In this document: piece after piece, positions 10,032 to 22,670 of the stretch
Layout: each line of letters begins with the position of its first letter
How positions within the stretch are numbered: the stretch's first letter is position 1
From: Candidatus Cloacimonadales bacterium
GTDB lineage: Bacteria; Cloacimonadota; Cloacimonadia; Cloacimonadales; JAFGVF01
Reading direction: 5' to 3'
DNA length: 64,000 bases
Assembly (NCBI GenBank): GCA_963663475.2
Contig: CAXXJV010000001.1
Location: forward strand, 1,120,001-1,184,000
Notes under the pieces: model-generated
What the model was told of the DNA's origin: nothing
The model's database searches: none
What the model saw: the letters and a program-made list of their open reading frames with translations, nothing else
Made by a program: the position numbers and the translations under genes

Positions 10032-10784
10032 ATGATACAAACAGATAGTTTTTTACTAATCAGTGCCTATTTAGGTGCTGCATTAAGTACAGGATTAGCT
10101 TCCATTAGTGCTGGTATAGGTGAGGGATATGCTGCTGGAGAAGCAGCTAAAGCTCTTGCTAAGCAACCAAAAGCAGGAGATGGACTCTTAAGAACTATGC
10201 TAATTAGTCAAGCTGTTACAGAAACAGGGGCTATTTTTGGTTTAGTTATCTCACTTCTTCTCATTTTTGGTGGAGCAGGCCATATTGCTGGTTCCTGGTT
10301 CAAGGTAGGTGCACTTTTAGCATCTGGTTTGGCAATGGGACTAGGCTCAATAGGTCCTGGTTTTGGTGCTGGCTATACTGGTGGACAGGCCTGTAGTGTG
10401 ATTTCCAGACTTCCAAAAGAATCAAACAGAGTAACCACAAATATGTTAATAGGTCAAGCTTTGGCACAAACTGATGCAATCTTTGCCTTAGTAGTTGCCT
10501 TACTTCTATTATACAGTGTTCCTAATCCAACAGCTTCCACAGGTCTTGGTCATTTTGTTGTGAAGATATCTGCCTTTCTCGGAGCTTCATTAGCAATAGG
10601 ACTAGGTACTTTAGGACCTGGAATGGGAATAGGATTCGTAACAGGCCGAGCCTCTAACATGTTGGGACGTTTTCCTCGAGAAAGGGGAGCAATTTCCAGA
10701 ACAATGTTCTTAGGTGCAGCTGTTTCAGAATCAACTGCTATCTACGCTCTTGTAATAGCATTCTTGTTAATTTTCTTCTCATAA
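10032..10784 (+). CDS. atpE: Triplicated (three-hairpin) ATP synthase c subunit
   Basis: Three c-like repeats: QAVTETGAIF, QALAQTDAIF, AAVSESTAIY. Confidence 0.9.
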   Translation: MIQTDSFLLISAYLGAALSTGLASISAGIGEGYAAGEAAKALAKQPKAGDGLLRTMLISQAVTETGAIFGLVISLLLIFGGAGHIAGSWFKVGALLASGLAMGLGSIGPGFGAGYTGGQACSVISRLPKESNRVTTNMLIGQALAQTDAIFALVVALLLLYSVPNPTASTGLGHFVVKISAFLGASLAIGLGTLGPGMGIGFVTGRASNMLGRFPRERGAISRTMFLGAAVSESTAIYALVIAFLLIFFS

Positions 10785-10834
10785 TGAGAATACAAATATA
10801 AAAATAAAAAAATAAAAAATCCGTTGGAGGAATA

Positions 10835-11080
10835 ATGGATCTTAATCAAGCAATAGTAAAGGCTGCAGCTTTATTAGGCGCAGGAATCGCAATGGGAATT
10901 GGTGCTTTAGGACCAGGATTAGGTGAAGGTTTCACAGCAGGAAAAGCATGTGAAGGTATAGCAAGAACTCCAGAAAACGCAGGTTTAATTACCAGAACAA
11001 TGCTTATCGGTCAGGCTGTGTCTGAATCAACAGGTATTTACTCATTAGTGGTAGCATTATTATTAATATTTACTGCTTAA
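10835..11080 (+). CDS. atpE: ATP synthase subunit c, Na+-binding type
   Basis: GPGLGEG ... [11 protein letters not shown]. Confidence 0.97.
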   Translation: MDLNQAIVKAAALLGAGIAMGIGALGPGLGEGFTAGKACEGIARTPENAGLITRTMLIGQAVSESTGIYSLVVALLLIFTA

Positions 11081-11102
11081 TTCTCAATATATTGGAGAAA
11101 GA

Positions 11103-11582
11103 ATGATTAGTATAGATGTCTCAATGGTAGTAGTTATTTTAAACTTCCTACTCTTAATGTTCATCTTAAAAATGGTATTATATAAACCAATTAAAGATAT
11201 GATTAATGAGAGAGAAAGTAAAGTTGCTGCTGATATTGATGATGCCAATAAATCTAAAGAAGAGGCTAAGAAATTAGTCTTAACCAAAGAAGAAGAGTAC
11301 AAAGAAGCTGTAGTAGAAGCGAGGAAACTACGTGATAAAATCAGAAAAGAAGCTGAATTTGATGCTGAGAAGATTATCCAGCAAGCTTATGAAAATCGCA
11401 AATCTATTGTAGCAGAGACTGAAGAACAGCTTGCCCATGAAAAGCAGAAAGTTCAGCAAAAACTTCAAGCTGAACTAGCTGGTCTTGTCTCACAACTAAC
11501 AGGAAAAGTTTTGGCTCAGAAGATAGATTCTGATAAAGATTTAGAGCTTATAAACTCTATAATTGATAGTCGGAGTGAATAA
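11103..11582 (+). CDS. atpF: ATP synthase subunit b
   Basis: N-terminal TM (NFLLL...YKP) followed by a coiled coil. Confidence 0.95.
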   Translation: MISIDVSMVVVILNFLLLMFILKMVLYKPIKDMINERESKVAADIDDANKSKEEAKKLVLTKEEEYKEAVVEARKLRDKIRKEAEFDAEKIIQQAYENRKSIVAETEEQLAHEKQKVQQKLQAELAGLVSQLTGKVLAQKIDSDKDLELINSIIDSRSE

Positions 11583-12121
11583 TGAAAGATACTAAAACTG
11601 CAGAACGCTACGCTAATGGATTCTTGGCAGCATTTACTAGTAATGATTTGCCTAATTTATTAGAAGAAGTTAGGGTTCTTCAACAAGTATTAAGAGCTAA
11701 TTCAGACATTTCTCGAGTGCTCTCTTCCCATGTTATCAAAGAGAAGGATAAACTACATATTATTGAACCCTTCATAAAAGAATGCAAGCATGGTGATTAT
11801 TGGCAAAACCTAATTATGTTGCTCTCAGAAAAGAATAGATTAAATCTTTTTGATGATATAAACTATTTCTTAGAACAATATATTTTAGATGAATTAAATA
11901 TAGTGAAAATTACAATAAAAACTGCTCATGAACTCAAAGAGGATATGAAAAATAAGATGGTTAACTTCTTATCAGATAAAATTAAGAAGCAGGTTGAAGC
12001 ATCTTTTGTTACTGATCCCCAAGTTCTGGGTGGCTTTATTGCTGAATCAGATAACTTCATTGTCGATTCTTCAGTAAAACGAAGCTTAGAACAGTTCAGA
12101 CTAAGCTTAATTAAAATGTAA
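11582..12121 (+). CDS. atpH: ATP synthase subunit delta
   Basis: AERYA, DPQVLGG, VDSSV motifs. Confidence 0.93.
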   Translation: MKDTKTAERYANGFLAAFTSNDLPNLLEEVRVLQQVLRANSDISRVLSSHVIKEKDKLHIIEPFIKECKHGDYWQNLIMLLSEKNRLNLFDDINYFLEQYILDELNIVKITIKTAHELKEDMKNKMVNFLSDKIKKQVEASFVTDPQVLGGFIAESDNFIVDSSVKRSLEQFRLSLIKM

Positions 12122-12131
12122 GGAATTAAAT

Positions 12132-13634
12132 ATGATAAGACCTGAAGAAATTAGTTCAATCATAAGAGATAGAATAAAGAAATTTACCTTAGATCAAGAT
12201 ATAGCTGAAACTGGAAAAGTTATTCAGGTTGGCGATGGTATTGCTCGTGTATATGGCTTAAAAAATGTTATGTACAACGAGATGTTGCTATTCCCTAATG
12301 ATGTTTTTGGTATGGCTCTTAACTTGGAAGAGGATAGCGTTGGTTGTGTTCTCTTTGGTGATACTACTAAAGTTAAAGAAGGCGACATTGCTAAAAGAAC
12401 TAAGAGAATCTTAGAAGTCCCTGTAGGTGAAGCTTTGCTAGGTAGAGTAGTTAACACTCTAGGTCAACCTTTAGATGGTAAAGGTGAAATTAAGCAAACT
12501 GAATTCTATGAAATGGAAAGAAAGGCTCTTGGGGTAATTGCTCGTCAGCCTGTTGTAGAACCACTTCAAACTGGTATCAAGGCTATTGACTCTATGATAC
12601 CTATTGGTAGGGGACAACGTGAATTAATTATTGGTGATAGACAGACTGGTAAAACTGCTATCGCCTTAGATACTATTATTAACCAAAAAGGTAAGGATGT
12701 TTTCTGTATCTATGTAGCAATAGGACAGAAAGAATCTTCAGTTGCTAAATTTGTCAGAACCCTAGAAGAATATGGTGCTATGGAATATACTACTATTGTT
12801 ATGGCTGGTTCAAGTGAACCTCCTTCAATGCAATACATGGCTCCTTATGCAGGTTGTTCAATTGGTGAATACTTTAGAGATAATGGCAAACATGCCTTAA
12901 TTATCTATGATGATCTTTCTAAGCATGCTGTTGCTTACCGTGAAATTTCCCTTCTTTTGAGAAGACCTCCAGGACGTGAAGCTTATCCTGGTGATGTTTT
13001 CTATCTTCACTCAAGATTGTTAGAAAGAGCTTCTAAGCTTAGTGATAAATTAGGAGGCGGTTCTTTAACAGCTTTACCAATTATCGAAACTAAAGCTGAA
13101 GATATCTCTGCTTATATTCCTACTAACGTGATTTCTATCACTGATGGACAAATCTATCTCTCAAGTAGATTATTCTATTCTGGTAGAAGACCTGCTATTA
13201 ATGCTGGTCTATCTGTTTCACGTGTGGGTGGCTCAGCTCAGATTAAAGCTATGAAACAAGTTGTTGGTCAGCTAAGATTCGCTCTAGCTCAATATACTGA
13301 GCTTGAATCATTTGCTAAATTTGGTTCAGACCTTGATAAAGCTACTCTAGCCCAGTTAAGAAGAGGACAGTCTATTGTGGAAATCCTTAAGCAAGGTCAG
13401 TTCTCTCCTCTATCAGTCCAACAGCAAATCATGATTATTTTTATGGCTAATGAAGGCTATTTAGATGAATTTGATGTTGAAAAGATAAGTGAAATTGAAA
13501 AAGAGCTTTATATTACTTTAGATACTGAGTTCAAAGACTTTACCAAAACACTTGCTGATGGTGCCTTAACAGATGACAAAAAAGCTAAGATGGCTGAAAT
13601 CTGTGAGCATGTAGCAGCTAAATTCAGATCTTAA
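12132..13634 (+). CDS. atpA: ATP synthase subunit alpha
   Basis: [28 protein letters not shown]. Confidence 0.99.
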   Translation: MIRPEEISSIIRDRIKKFTLDQDIAETGKVIQVGDGIARVYGLKNVMYNEMLLFPNDVFGMALNLEEDSVGCVLFGDTTKVKEGDIAKRTKRILEVPVGEALLGRVVNTLGQPLDGKGEIKQTEFYEMERKALGVIARQPVVEPLQTGIKAIDSMIPIGRGQRELIIGDRQTGKTAIALDTIINQKGKDVFCIYVAIGQKESSVAKFVRTLEEYGAMEYTTIVMAGSSEPPSMQYMAPYAGCSIGEYFRDNGKHALIIYDDLSKHAVAYREISLLLRRPPGREAYPGDVFYLHSRLLERASKLSDKLGGGSLTALPIIETKAEDISAYIPTNVISITDGQIYLSSRLFYSGRRPAINAGLSVSRVGGSAQIKAMKQVVGQLRFALAQYTELESFAKFGSDLDKATLAQLRRGQSIVEILKQGQFSPLSVQQQIMIIFMANEGYLDEFDVEKISEIEKELYITLDTEFKDFTKTLADGALTDDKKAKMAEICEHVAAKFRS

Positions 13635-13647
13635 GTAGAAGGTTAAG

Positions 13648-16302
<2,655 letters not shown>

Positions 16303-16328
16303 AAGTATTAACTTGTTTGATAAATATT

Positions 16329-16357
16329 AGCTCTCTACTTGGTAGGGAGCTTTTTTT
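16329..16357 (+). terminator. Intrinsic terminator of the atp operon
   Basis: AGCTCTCTAC-ttg-GTAGGGAGCT followed by a T run. Confidence 0.85.
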
Positions 16358-16388
16358 GTGATGGAGAAATGAAAAATAAGAAAAAAAC

Positions 16389-16442
16389 TTAACACAAAGG
16401 CACAAAGAAGAGACTATCCACGGATTACACTGATTAACACAG
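16389..16442 (+). repeat. 54-bp direct repeat copy 1
   Basis: 51/54 identical to 18525-18578. Confidence 0.85.
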
Positions 16443-16454
16443 CCTGCTTTTTGT

Positions 16455-16546
16455 TGGAGACCGGAGTTCCTCAGCCGTAGGCAAGGGACTTCGGGTGAAG
16501 AGTGTCGGAAGTCGCTACTCCGTGAGTAACTCCCGTCACTCTTCAT
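16455..16546. repeat. GC-rich REP-like hairpin pair
   Basis: CCGGAGTTCCT...GGGACTTCGG and TGAAGAGTG.CGG.AGT...ACTCCCG.CACTCTTCA. Confidence 0.55.
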
Positions 16547-16877
16547 ATAATCTTACTTGTAACTTTCTATTATTCAAGCAATATGCTATAATGAAAGTCT
16601 CTTATTTACCACCAGACTTGAACAAGAGCCGATTTTAAGATAGCGTGGTTAACTATTCTGTCACCAGTTTATAGCTATGGATAGTATTATATTGTATTTT
16701 ATTGCATTGTATTGAGCAAGCAAAAATCTAAGTAGCTAACATACTGTAATACTTATTACAATAAGCATTAATAAAGTTTTTAAAAAAATATCAAATAAAT
16801 ATTGACATCTAAAATCATAAATCATATCTTAGGATTATAACTTAAATAGTAAAGTTACTAACCTCATAGGAGGATCA

Positions 16878-18518
16878 ATGAAATTATTAAAATATTGCTG
16901 TGTTACTCTAATGTTGCTTTTATCTCTGAATGCCTTTGCCCAAAATTATATGGATACAATGAATACTTTTGAAGGACCGTGGGGAAATAGTAAATATGGA
17001 GAGTATATGGCAACTTTGGATTTTAATGCAGATGGGATTGATGATCTGTTTGTTTTGGCGAGAAATGGTCCATCATCAATTAGTGAAGTACATGTCTTTT
17101 GGGGAGGAAATAATTTTGGAGATAATAACACTCCTGATTATATAATACCTATGACTGGATCAAATGGCAGTGATGGAGTCTTTGCCTGCGGAGACGTTAA
17201 TGGAGATGGCTATGATGATATAGCTATTGCTGGATTAGTACTTTTTGATTCTCCTTCCCCAGATTTTCGCTATTTCCGCTTCTATTACGGTGGACCTGAT
17301 GTTGTACTTGATTTCACAGATTACGATTATGAATACGGTTACCTGGTAGGTCCAGGATATTATAATAATAGAGAAGCATTTTCTTCCTGCTTGGGAGATG
17401 TAAATGGTGACGGATGTGATGATATGGGATTTGGCTTACAAAGGGAGTCTGGGTCAAGAGATCTCGGAATCATGGTAGGTGGAACTTTTGAGATTATTAT
17501 TGTGGAAAATTTTCTACAGCCATTAGCCTCTAATATTGAAGCAATGGGAGATTTGAATAATGATGGATTTGCTGATTTTGCTGTAGGGTATCTGAATTTT
17601 TCCAATGAAAATATTACTAAAATATATTATGGGGATTCTACCTTATCGCTTACTAATAATAACATAATTTGCAATTATGATCTAACTTATGATTTTAACG
17701 GTGCGATAACAGTTGGTGATATGAACGGAGATGGATCACCTGATTTTCTTTTTCCTACTACAGAAGAGAATACCTCTGATTATTTTGGCTTAGCCCTTTG
17801 GCAAGATACTTTTGAAAATTCAAATATATTACCAATAATATGCAATCAATATCATCCTACATACATTAGCGGATCTTCAAGCTTTGGTAGAAGAATTAAG
17901 CACGGTGATTTAAATGGAGATGGCTATAGTGATTTTGTTGGAAGTAATTCGTCCTATGGCTTATGGGATGGGACAGCAGCTATATGGTTAGGAGGAGAAA
18001 ATCCTAACGGCATCTATGATTTACAGCTAACATGTCCAATATATCCTGAGTTTTCAGGATATTTTGGTTTAAATGTAAATGTTGGAGACTATAATAATGA
18101 TGGCTATGATGATATTGCTATTTCAGCTCCAGATGATTGGGGAGGTTATGCTACACCGGGTTATGTAACAATTTATGCTGGTAATCCCAATTTAACAGAC
18201 ACAACAGTAGCTAATGAAGATAACGATGTTTCACCTCAAGCAAGCACTAATTTAATCATCTATCCGAACCCAGTTTCCAGTAAAGATCTTAAACTTAATC
18301 TAAAACTTGAGGGTGCTTTACCCAAGAATATAGAAAACGCGATGGTTTCTGTCTATAATATCAAAGGACAGAAAGTTCATGAGAGAAAACTCAACCCTTC
18401 AAATATCAAAAACTCTAGTGATGCCATTAAGTTAGAATCTTTAGCATCAGGATTATACATCGCAACTATCAAAATTAATAACAAGAGACTAGCAACATCA
18501 AAATTTTTTGTTAAGTAA
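16878..18518 (+). CDS. FG-GAP repeat secreted protein with T9SS-type C-terminal domain
   Basis: Signal peptide; repeated GDxNGDGxxD; IYPNP...VYNIKGQ...SGLY...KFFVK. Confidence 0.9.
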   Translation: MKLLKYCCVTLMLLLSLNAFAQNYMDTMNTFEGPWGNSKYGEYMATLDFNADGIDDLFVLARNGPSSISEVHVFWGGNNFGDNNTPDYIIPMTGSNGSDGVFACGDVNGDGYDDIAIAGLVLFDSPSPDFRYFRFYYGGPDVVLDFTDYDYEYGYLVGPGYYNNREAFSSCLGDVNGDGCDDMGFGLQRESGSRDLGIMVGGTFEIIIVENFLQPLASNIEAMGDLNNDGFADFAVGYLNFSNENITKIYYGDSTLSLTNNNIICNYDLTYDFNGAITVGDMNGDGSPDFLFPTTEENTSDYFGLALWQDTFENSNILPIICNQYHPTYISGSSSFGRRIKHGDLNGDGYSDFVGSNSSYGLWDGTAAIWLGGENPNGIYDLQLTCPIYPEFSGYFGLNVNVGDYNNDGYDDIAISAPDDWGGYATPGYVTIYAGNPNLTDTTVANEDNDVSPQASTNLIIYPNPVSSKDLKLNLKLEGALPKNIENAMVSVYNIKGQKVHERKLNPSNIKNSSDAIKLESLASGLYIATIKINNKRLATSKFFVK

Positions 18519-18524
18519 AAGAGA

Positions 18525-18578
18525 TTAACACAAAAGCACAAAGAAGAGTTTATCCACGGATTACACTGATTAACACAG
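18525..18578 (+). repeat. 54-bp direct repeat copy 2
   Basis: TTAACACAAAAGCACAAAGAAGAG..TATCCACGGATTACACTGATTAACACAG. Confidence 0.85.
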
Positions 18579-18584
18579 ATTTTA

Positions 18585-18748
18585 ACCCAAATGGTGCAAT
18601 AGAGCTTTGAGAATAGCAGAATATTCTTCTGCAAAAGTAACTTACATAATTCTTCCGAATATATATATTATATGTGTCAGAAATCTGCAAGCTATTTTGC
18701 TAAAAGAATTTGCACTCTTCTCTAAAGGTTTATTGCACCATTTTGGTT
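18585..18748. repeat. MITE family A, full length
   Basis: ACCCAAATGGTGCAATAG ... TATTGCACCATTTTGGTT, flanked by TTAA-like sequence. Confidence 0.8.
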
Positions 18749-18886
18749 AAAAACTAAAGAAGTCCTAAGATTAGATAAGTGTTATCTAAAACTAATTGCC
18801 TAAAATAGCAAATACTACTTGACAAAATAAACAAATTGCTTATTATATCCCAAAAATAAGAACTGATGTAAATCAGAGGAGGAATT

Positions 18887-20242
18887 ATGTTAAAGACAGA
18901 TGTATTAGTAATAGGATCTTCTGCTGGTGGTATGGTAGCTGCAGTAACTGGTAAAAGAATTAATCCAGACAAGAAGTTTACAGTTGTTACTATAAACGAG
19001 AAGACATTAGTGCCTTGTGGAATACCTTATGTCTTTGGTACTCTTGGAACTACTAATAAGAATATCATACCTGTAGCAGAGAATTTTGCTAAGATGGGCA
19101 TTGAATTTATTAATAATGAAGTTACAGAAATTATTAAAGAAGAAAAAAGGGTTAAATTACAGGATAAGAGGGAAATTGAATTTGATAAATTAATTATCGC
19201 AACTGGTTCATTCCCCTACAAACCATTATGGTTAAAAGGTGCAGATTTTGATAATGTTTATGCGGTGCCAAAAAATAAGATTTATTTAGATGAAATGCAA
19301 GAAAAGTTAGCTGCTGCTAATAAAATTATTGTTATCGGAGCTGGTTTTATTGGAGTTGAATTATCTGATGAATTAAAGAAGGTGGGTAAGGATGTAACAC
19401 TAATCGAAAGACTTCCCAATATACTTTCCTTAGCTTTTGATACTGATGTGTCTGACAGAGCAGAGGCTATTCTTAAAGAAAATGGTGTTAAGGTGCTGAC
19501 AAATACTACTGTAAGCGAGATAACAGGTGATGCTAAGGCTGATGGTGTATTATTAGAAGACGGAAGTAAACTTGAAGCTGATGCTGTAATTCTTTCAATG
19601 GGTTATAAGCCTAATAGCCAATTAGCTATAAAGTCCCATTTAGGTATTAATGATGCTGGCTTTATCAAGGTTGATGAGTATATGAGAACTTCTCATCCTG
19701 ATATCTTTGCAGTAGGTGATTGTGCTGAGAAAAAGCATTTTATCACAGGCCAGTCAGTCCCTATGATGTTAGCTTCTACAGCTTGTGCTGAGGCAAGATT
19801 AGCAGGGATGAATCTCTTTGGTATCTCTGCTATTAAGACTTTTAGTGGTACTATATCTATCTTTGCAACAGCATTGGGTAAGACTGCATTTGGTGTTGCA
19901 GGTATTACTGAAAAAGAGGCTAAAGAAATTGGAATAAATTATGTAACTGGTTCCTTTGAAGGTGTTGATAGACATCCAGGAAGTTTATCAGACACTTCCA
20001 AGCAGTTTGTTAAATTTGTTGTTGCTAAGGATTCAGGTGTTATTTTAGGTGGTGAAGTTGTTGGTGGCTTATCTACTGGTGAAATGACTAATACTATTGG
20101 TATTATGATTCAAAATAGGATGAACATCAATAGTTTATTAACTGCTCAGATAGGTTCACATCCACTTCTTACAGCTTCCCCAGCTGGTTTCCCAATGATA
20201 AAAGCAGCTGAAATGGCTGTCTTTAATATGCTTAAGAAATAA
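18887..20242 (+). CDS. FAD-dependent pyridine nucleotide-disulfide oxidoreductase (NADH oxidase/CoA-disulfide reductase family)
   Basis: PCGIPY active Cys, IIATGS, VIGAGFIGVE, FAVGDC. Confidence 0.9.
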   Translation: MLKTDVLVIGSSAGGMVAAVTGKRINPDKKFTVVTINEKTLVPCGIPYVFGTLGTTNKNIIPVAENFAKMGIEFINNEVTEIIKEEKRVKLQDKREIEFDKLIIATGSFPYKPLWLKGADFDNVYAVPKNKIYLDEMQEKLAAANKIIVIGAGFIGVELSDELKKVGKDVTLIERLPNILSLAFDTDVSDRAEAILKENGVKVLTNTTVSEITGDAKADGVLLEDGSKLEADAVILSMGYKPNSQLAIKSHLGINDAGFIKVDEYMRTSHPDIFAVGDCAEKKHFITGQSVPMMLASTACAEARLAGMNLFGISAIKTFSGTISIFATALGKTAFGVAGITEKEAKEIGINYVTGSFEGVDRHPGSLSDTSKQFVKFVVAKDSGVILGGEVVGGLSTGEMTNTIGIMIQNRMNINSLLTAQIGSHPLLTASPAGFPMIKAAEMAVFNMLKK

Positions 20243-20260
20243 TAGATATATTTGAAATAG

Positions 20261-20302
20261 AAGCAAAACTGGAATATGCTTATTTTGGTTTTGCTTTTTT
20301 TT
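20261..20302 (+). terminator. Intrinsic terminator
   Basis: AAGCAAAACTGGAATA / TATTTTGGTTTTGCTT followed by a T run. Confidence 0.7.
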
Positions 20303-20303
20303 A

Positions 20304-20829
20304 GGCTCTTGTTCAAGTCTGGTGGAAGAAAATTAGTAAAAATACAAAATTTTATAATTAGTTTGATTATCCAAAACATCCCTGTAAGGGATTAGTAATT
20401 TAGCCTAGGGTAAGCTACCACAGGGAGCGTCACCCTAGGTACAATGACCTAAACAAAACCGTAACCCTGTAAGGGTTTCATATAATTCTAACAAGTTATT
20501 ATAATAAGTATCTTGCTGATTTTATATGGAATGGAAGCATCCTTGCTTCCACATTTTTCTTATGGCAAGGATGCCATAAGTCCATAATTAAACCCTTTCA
20601 GGGTTACCAACTTTAGATGCATCAAAACCCAGGGTGGCAATCCCTTCAGGATTTTACCCTGGGCTAATTTATTCATCCCCTCTGGGGATATAAGACCTAT
20701 CCTTTCAGGATTAAGTCTTATTCAGCAAAAACCAAGAACCAATATAACAATATAATCCGTAAACTACTGTAATACAATATCTAGTTCAAAATAATACTAA
20801 ATTATTTCCACCAGACTTGAACTTGAGCC
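20304..20829. mobile_element. Non-coding MITE-like element (family C) containing nested REP doublets
   Basis: 24-bp terminal inverted repeats, 22/24 matching (GGCTCTTGTTCAAGTCTGGTGGAA); no transposase. Confidence 0.7.
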
Positions 20830-20892
20830 GAAAAAATCCACTCTTCTTGCAGCTACAAAGATGTCGCTACTCTGGAGCTTATAGGTATTTTT

Positions 20893-22050
20893 TTATTTAA
20901 TTCTCTCAATATTCTTTAGTTTCTCTAAAATATTATTGAATAGAGTCTGGTTATTAATGATTTTCTCAATTACTCCAGTCTCAAGGAGAAAGATAAACTC
21001 CTCCTCTAAGTTAAGATAAGTAATTTTCTTCATTTTACTCAATTTATTTTTAAAGTTCAGGTACCATGCTTTGTAATTTTGATAAGATTCTAGTAATCTA
21101 TCAACCTGGGAATGACTACGATATTGATATTTAAGGTGTTTTAAGTAAATGAATATTACCTCATAGACAGGAAATCTTTCTTTGTAGAGCCGAAAAGGAA
21201 TAATGGGAGATAAAGCATACTTATTCATCAGATTATAGACACGTTGATAAAAGGGTTCAGAAAAAGACCGTAAAGGAGAGCCTGATATAAAGTCTTGTTG
21301 ATACATTTTTTGATATATATCCAAGTATTGAGGATAATATTTCTTAATCATTTGCATATAAATGTCTTTATTTCTACCTGGACGAAGAGTTAAACCACCT
21401 GGTAAGACAAAAGAAACATCTAATGACTTGTAAAGGGTGAAAAGTCTTTCTAAATCTTGAGGGTTATCTACTATTTTTGGGAGTATGGGCATAGCTGTAA
21501 TACCAATAGTAATACCTCTATTTTTAAGGATTCTTAAAGAATCTACTCTTTCTTCAATAGAAGAGGCATTGGGCTCAATAATCTTGCGATGTTTATCATC
21601 AGGAAAAGTCAAAGATGAAGATACTGTAACACCTGCTAGCTGATTAAGTTCATCTAGGAGGTCAATATCTCTTAAGATGCTAGCTGATTTAGTTATGATA
21701 AATAGTGGGTATTTATGTTTGATTAAGACTTTGAGACTTGCAGTCATTATTTCTTCTTCTAACTCACAAGGTTGGTAAGCATCTGAAATACCTGAACCAA
21801 CCAATATAACCCCCCAATCTCTTTCTTTTGTCAGATCTTCATCTAATTGTTGAGCTGTGTTCTTACGGACAACTATATCCTGTTCAAAATCACCTTCTAC
21901 ATAATAGCGTTCAGCTCTACCGTCACAATATTTACAAGCATGCTGACAGGCCATATAAGGTGAAAAAGAGTATTTACTGGCGAAATAAGAGTCAATATAA
22001 TTATTTTTCTTTAAGATCTTTTTTACTTCTTTGTAGTGTTTATTTATCAT
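20893..22050 (-). CDS. Radical SAM protein (SplB/Rv2578c-like)
   Basis: SPYMACQHACKYC CX3CX2C motif; SDAYQP; ITKS; IEP. Confidence 0.88.
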   Translation of the reverse strand: MINKHYKEVKKILKKNNYIDSYFASKYSFSPYMACQHACKYCDGRAERYYVEGDFEQDIVVRKNTAQQLDEDLTKERDWGVILVGSGISDAYQPCELEEEIMTASLKVLIKHKYPLFIITKSASILRDIDLLDELNQLAGVTVSSSLTFPDDKHRKIIEPNASSIEERVDSLRILKNRGITIGITAMPILPKIVDNPQDLERLFTLYKSLDVSFVLPGGLTLRPGRNKDIYMQMIKKYYPQYLDIYQKMYQQDFISGSPLRSFSEPFYQRVYNLMNKYALSPIIPFRLYKERFPVYEVIFIYLKHLKYQYRSHSQVDRLLESYQNYKAWYLNFKNKLSKMKKITYLNLEEEFIFLLETGVIEKIINNQTLFNNILEKLKNIERIK

Positions 22051-22213
22051 ATACTGATTAAGAATAATTTTGAAATTCTGTCAATCAGAAAAGAATATAA
22101 TCCAAGCATAACCAATATTTAGTCTATGATGCTATTGAGTAAATTGATGAGCTGATTTACCTATATTCTAAGTTTGTGGGTTATAAAAGGATAAATTATG
22201 AATATGCTATTAA

Positions 22214-22376
22214 ACCCAAATAATGCAGTAGACCTTTGTGAACAGCACTATATTCTTCTGCAAAAGTAAGATCCATAATTTCTCCGAATATATAAAATAT
22301 ATGCGTCAAAATTCTGTAAGCTATTTTGCTAGAATAATCTGCACTCTTCACTAAAGCTCTACTACACTATCTGGGT
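22214..22376. repeat. MITE family A, full length
   Basis: ACCCAAATAATGCAGTAGACC ... CTCTACTACACTATCTGGGT. Confidence 0.8.
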
Positions 22377-22670
22377 TAAAAGCTAAGTAGGTTAAAAACA
22401 TCTTTTCAAACGTAAGAATTTACAAACACATTCCTTATAAATGTGAGTACCATGAGAAGTTGCAATTACGGATCACTTTCTCTTTAAAAAAAATGGGTGT
22501 ATGCTAACAAAAACTCTATAAATTACTTGACAACTAATTTATTATTTCAAAAATTTGAAGAGTGTCAAAATGACTTTTATAGATTAATATAGAAATGCCA
22601 AAGATTGGTAAGCTTATACTTATCATAACTAGCTTGAATTACACCACATAATTTAACAAAGGAAGCAATT

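Noticed and set aside
13214-13229. parS-like TGTTTCACGTG within atpA
   Set aside because: The right half (TGGGT) does not match GAAACA, and the sequence is explained by conserved SVSRVGG codons
16389-20829. CRISPR array or integron attC array
   Set aside because: Repeats are dispersed or nested, not regularly spaced with unique spacers; no cas genes or integrase
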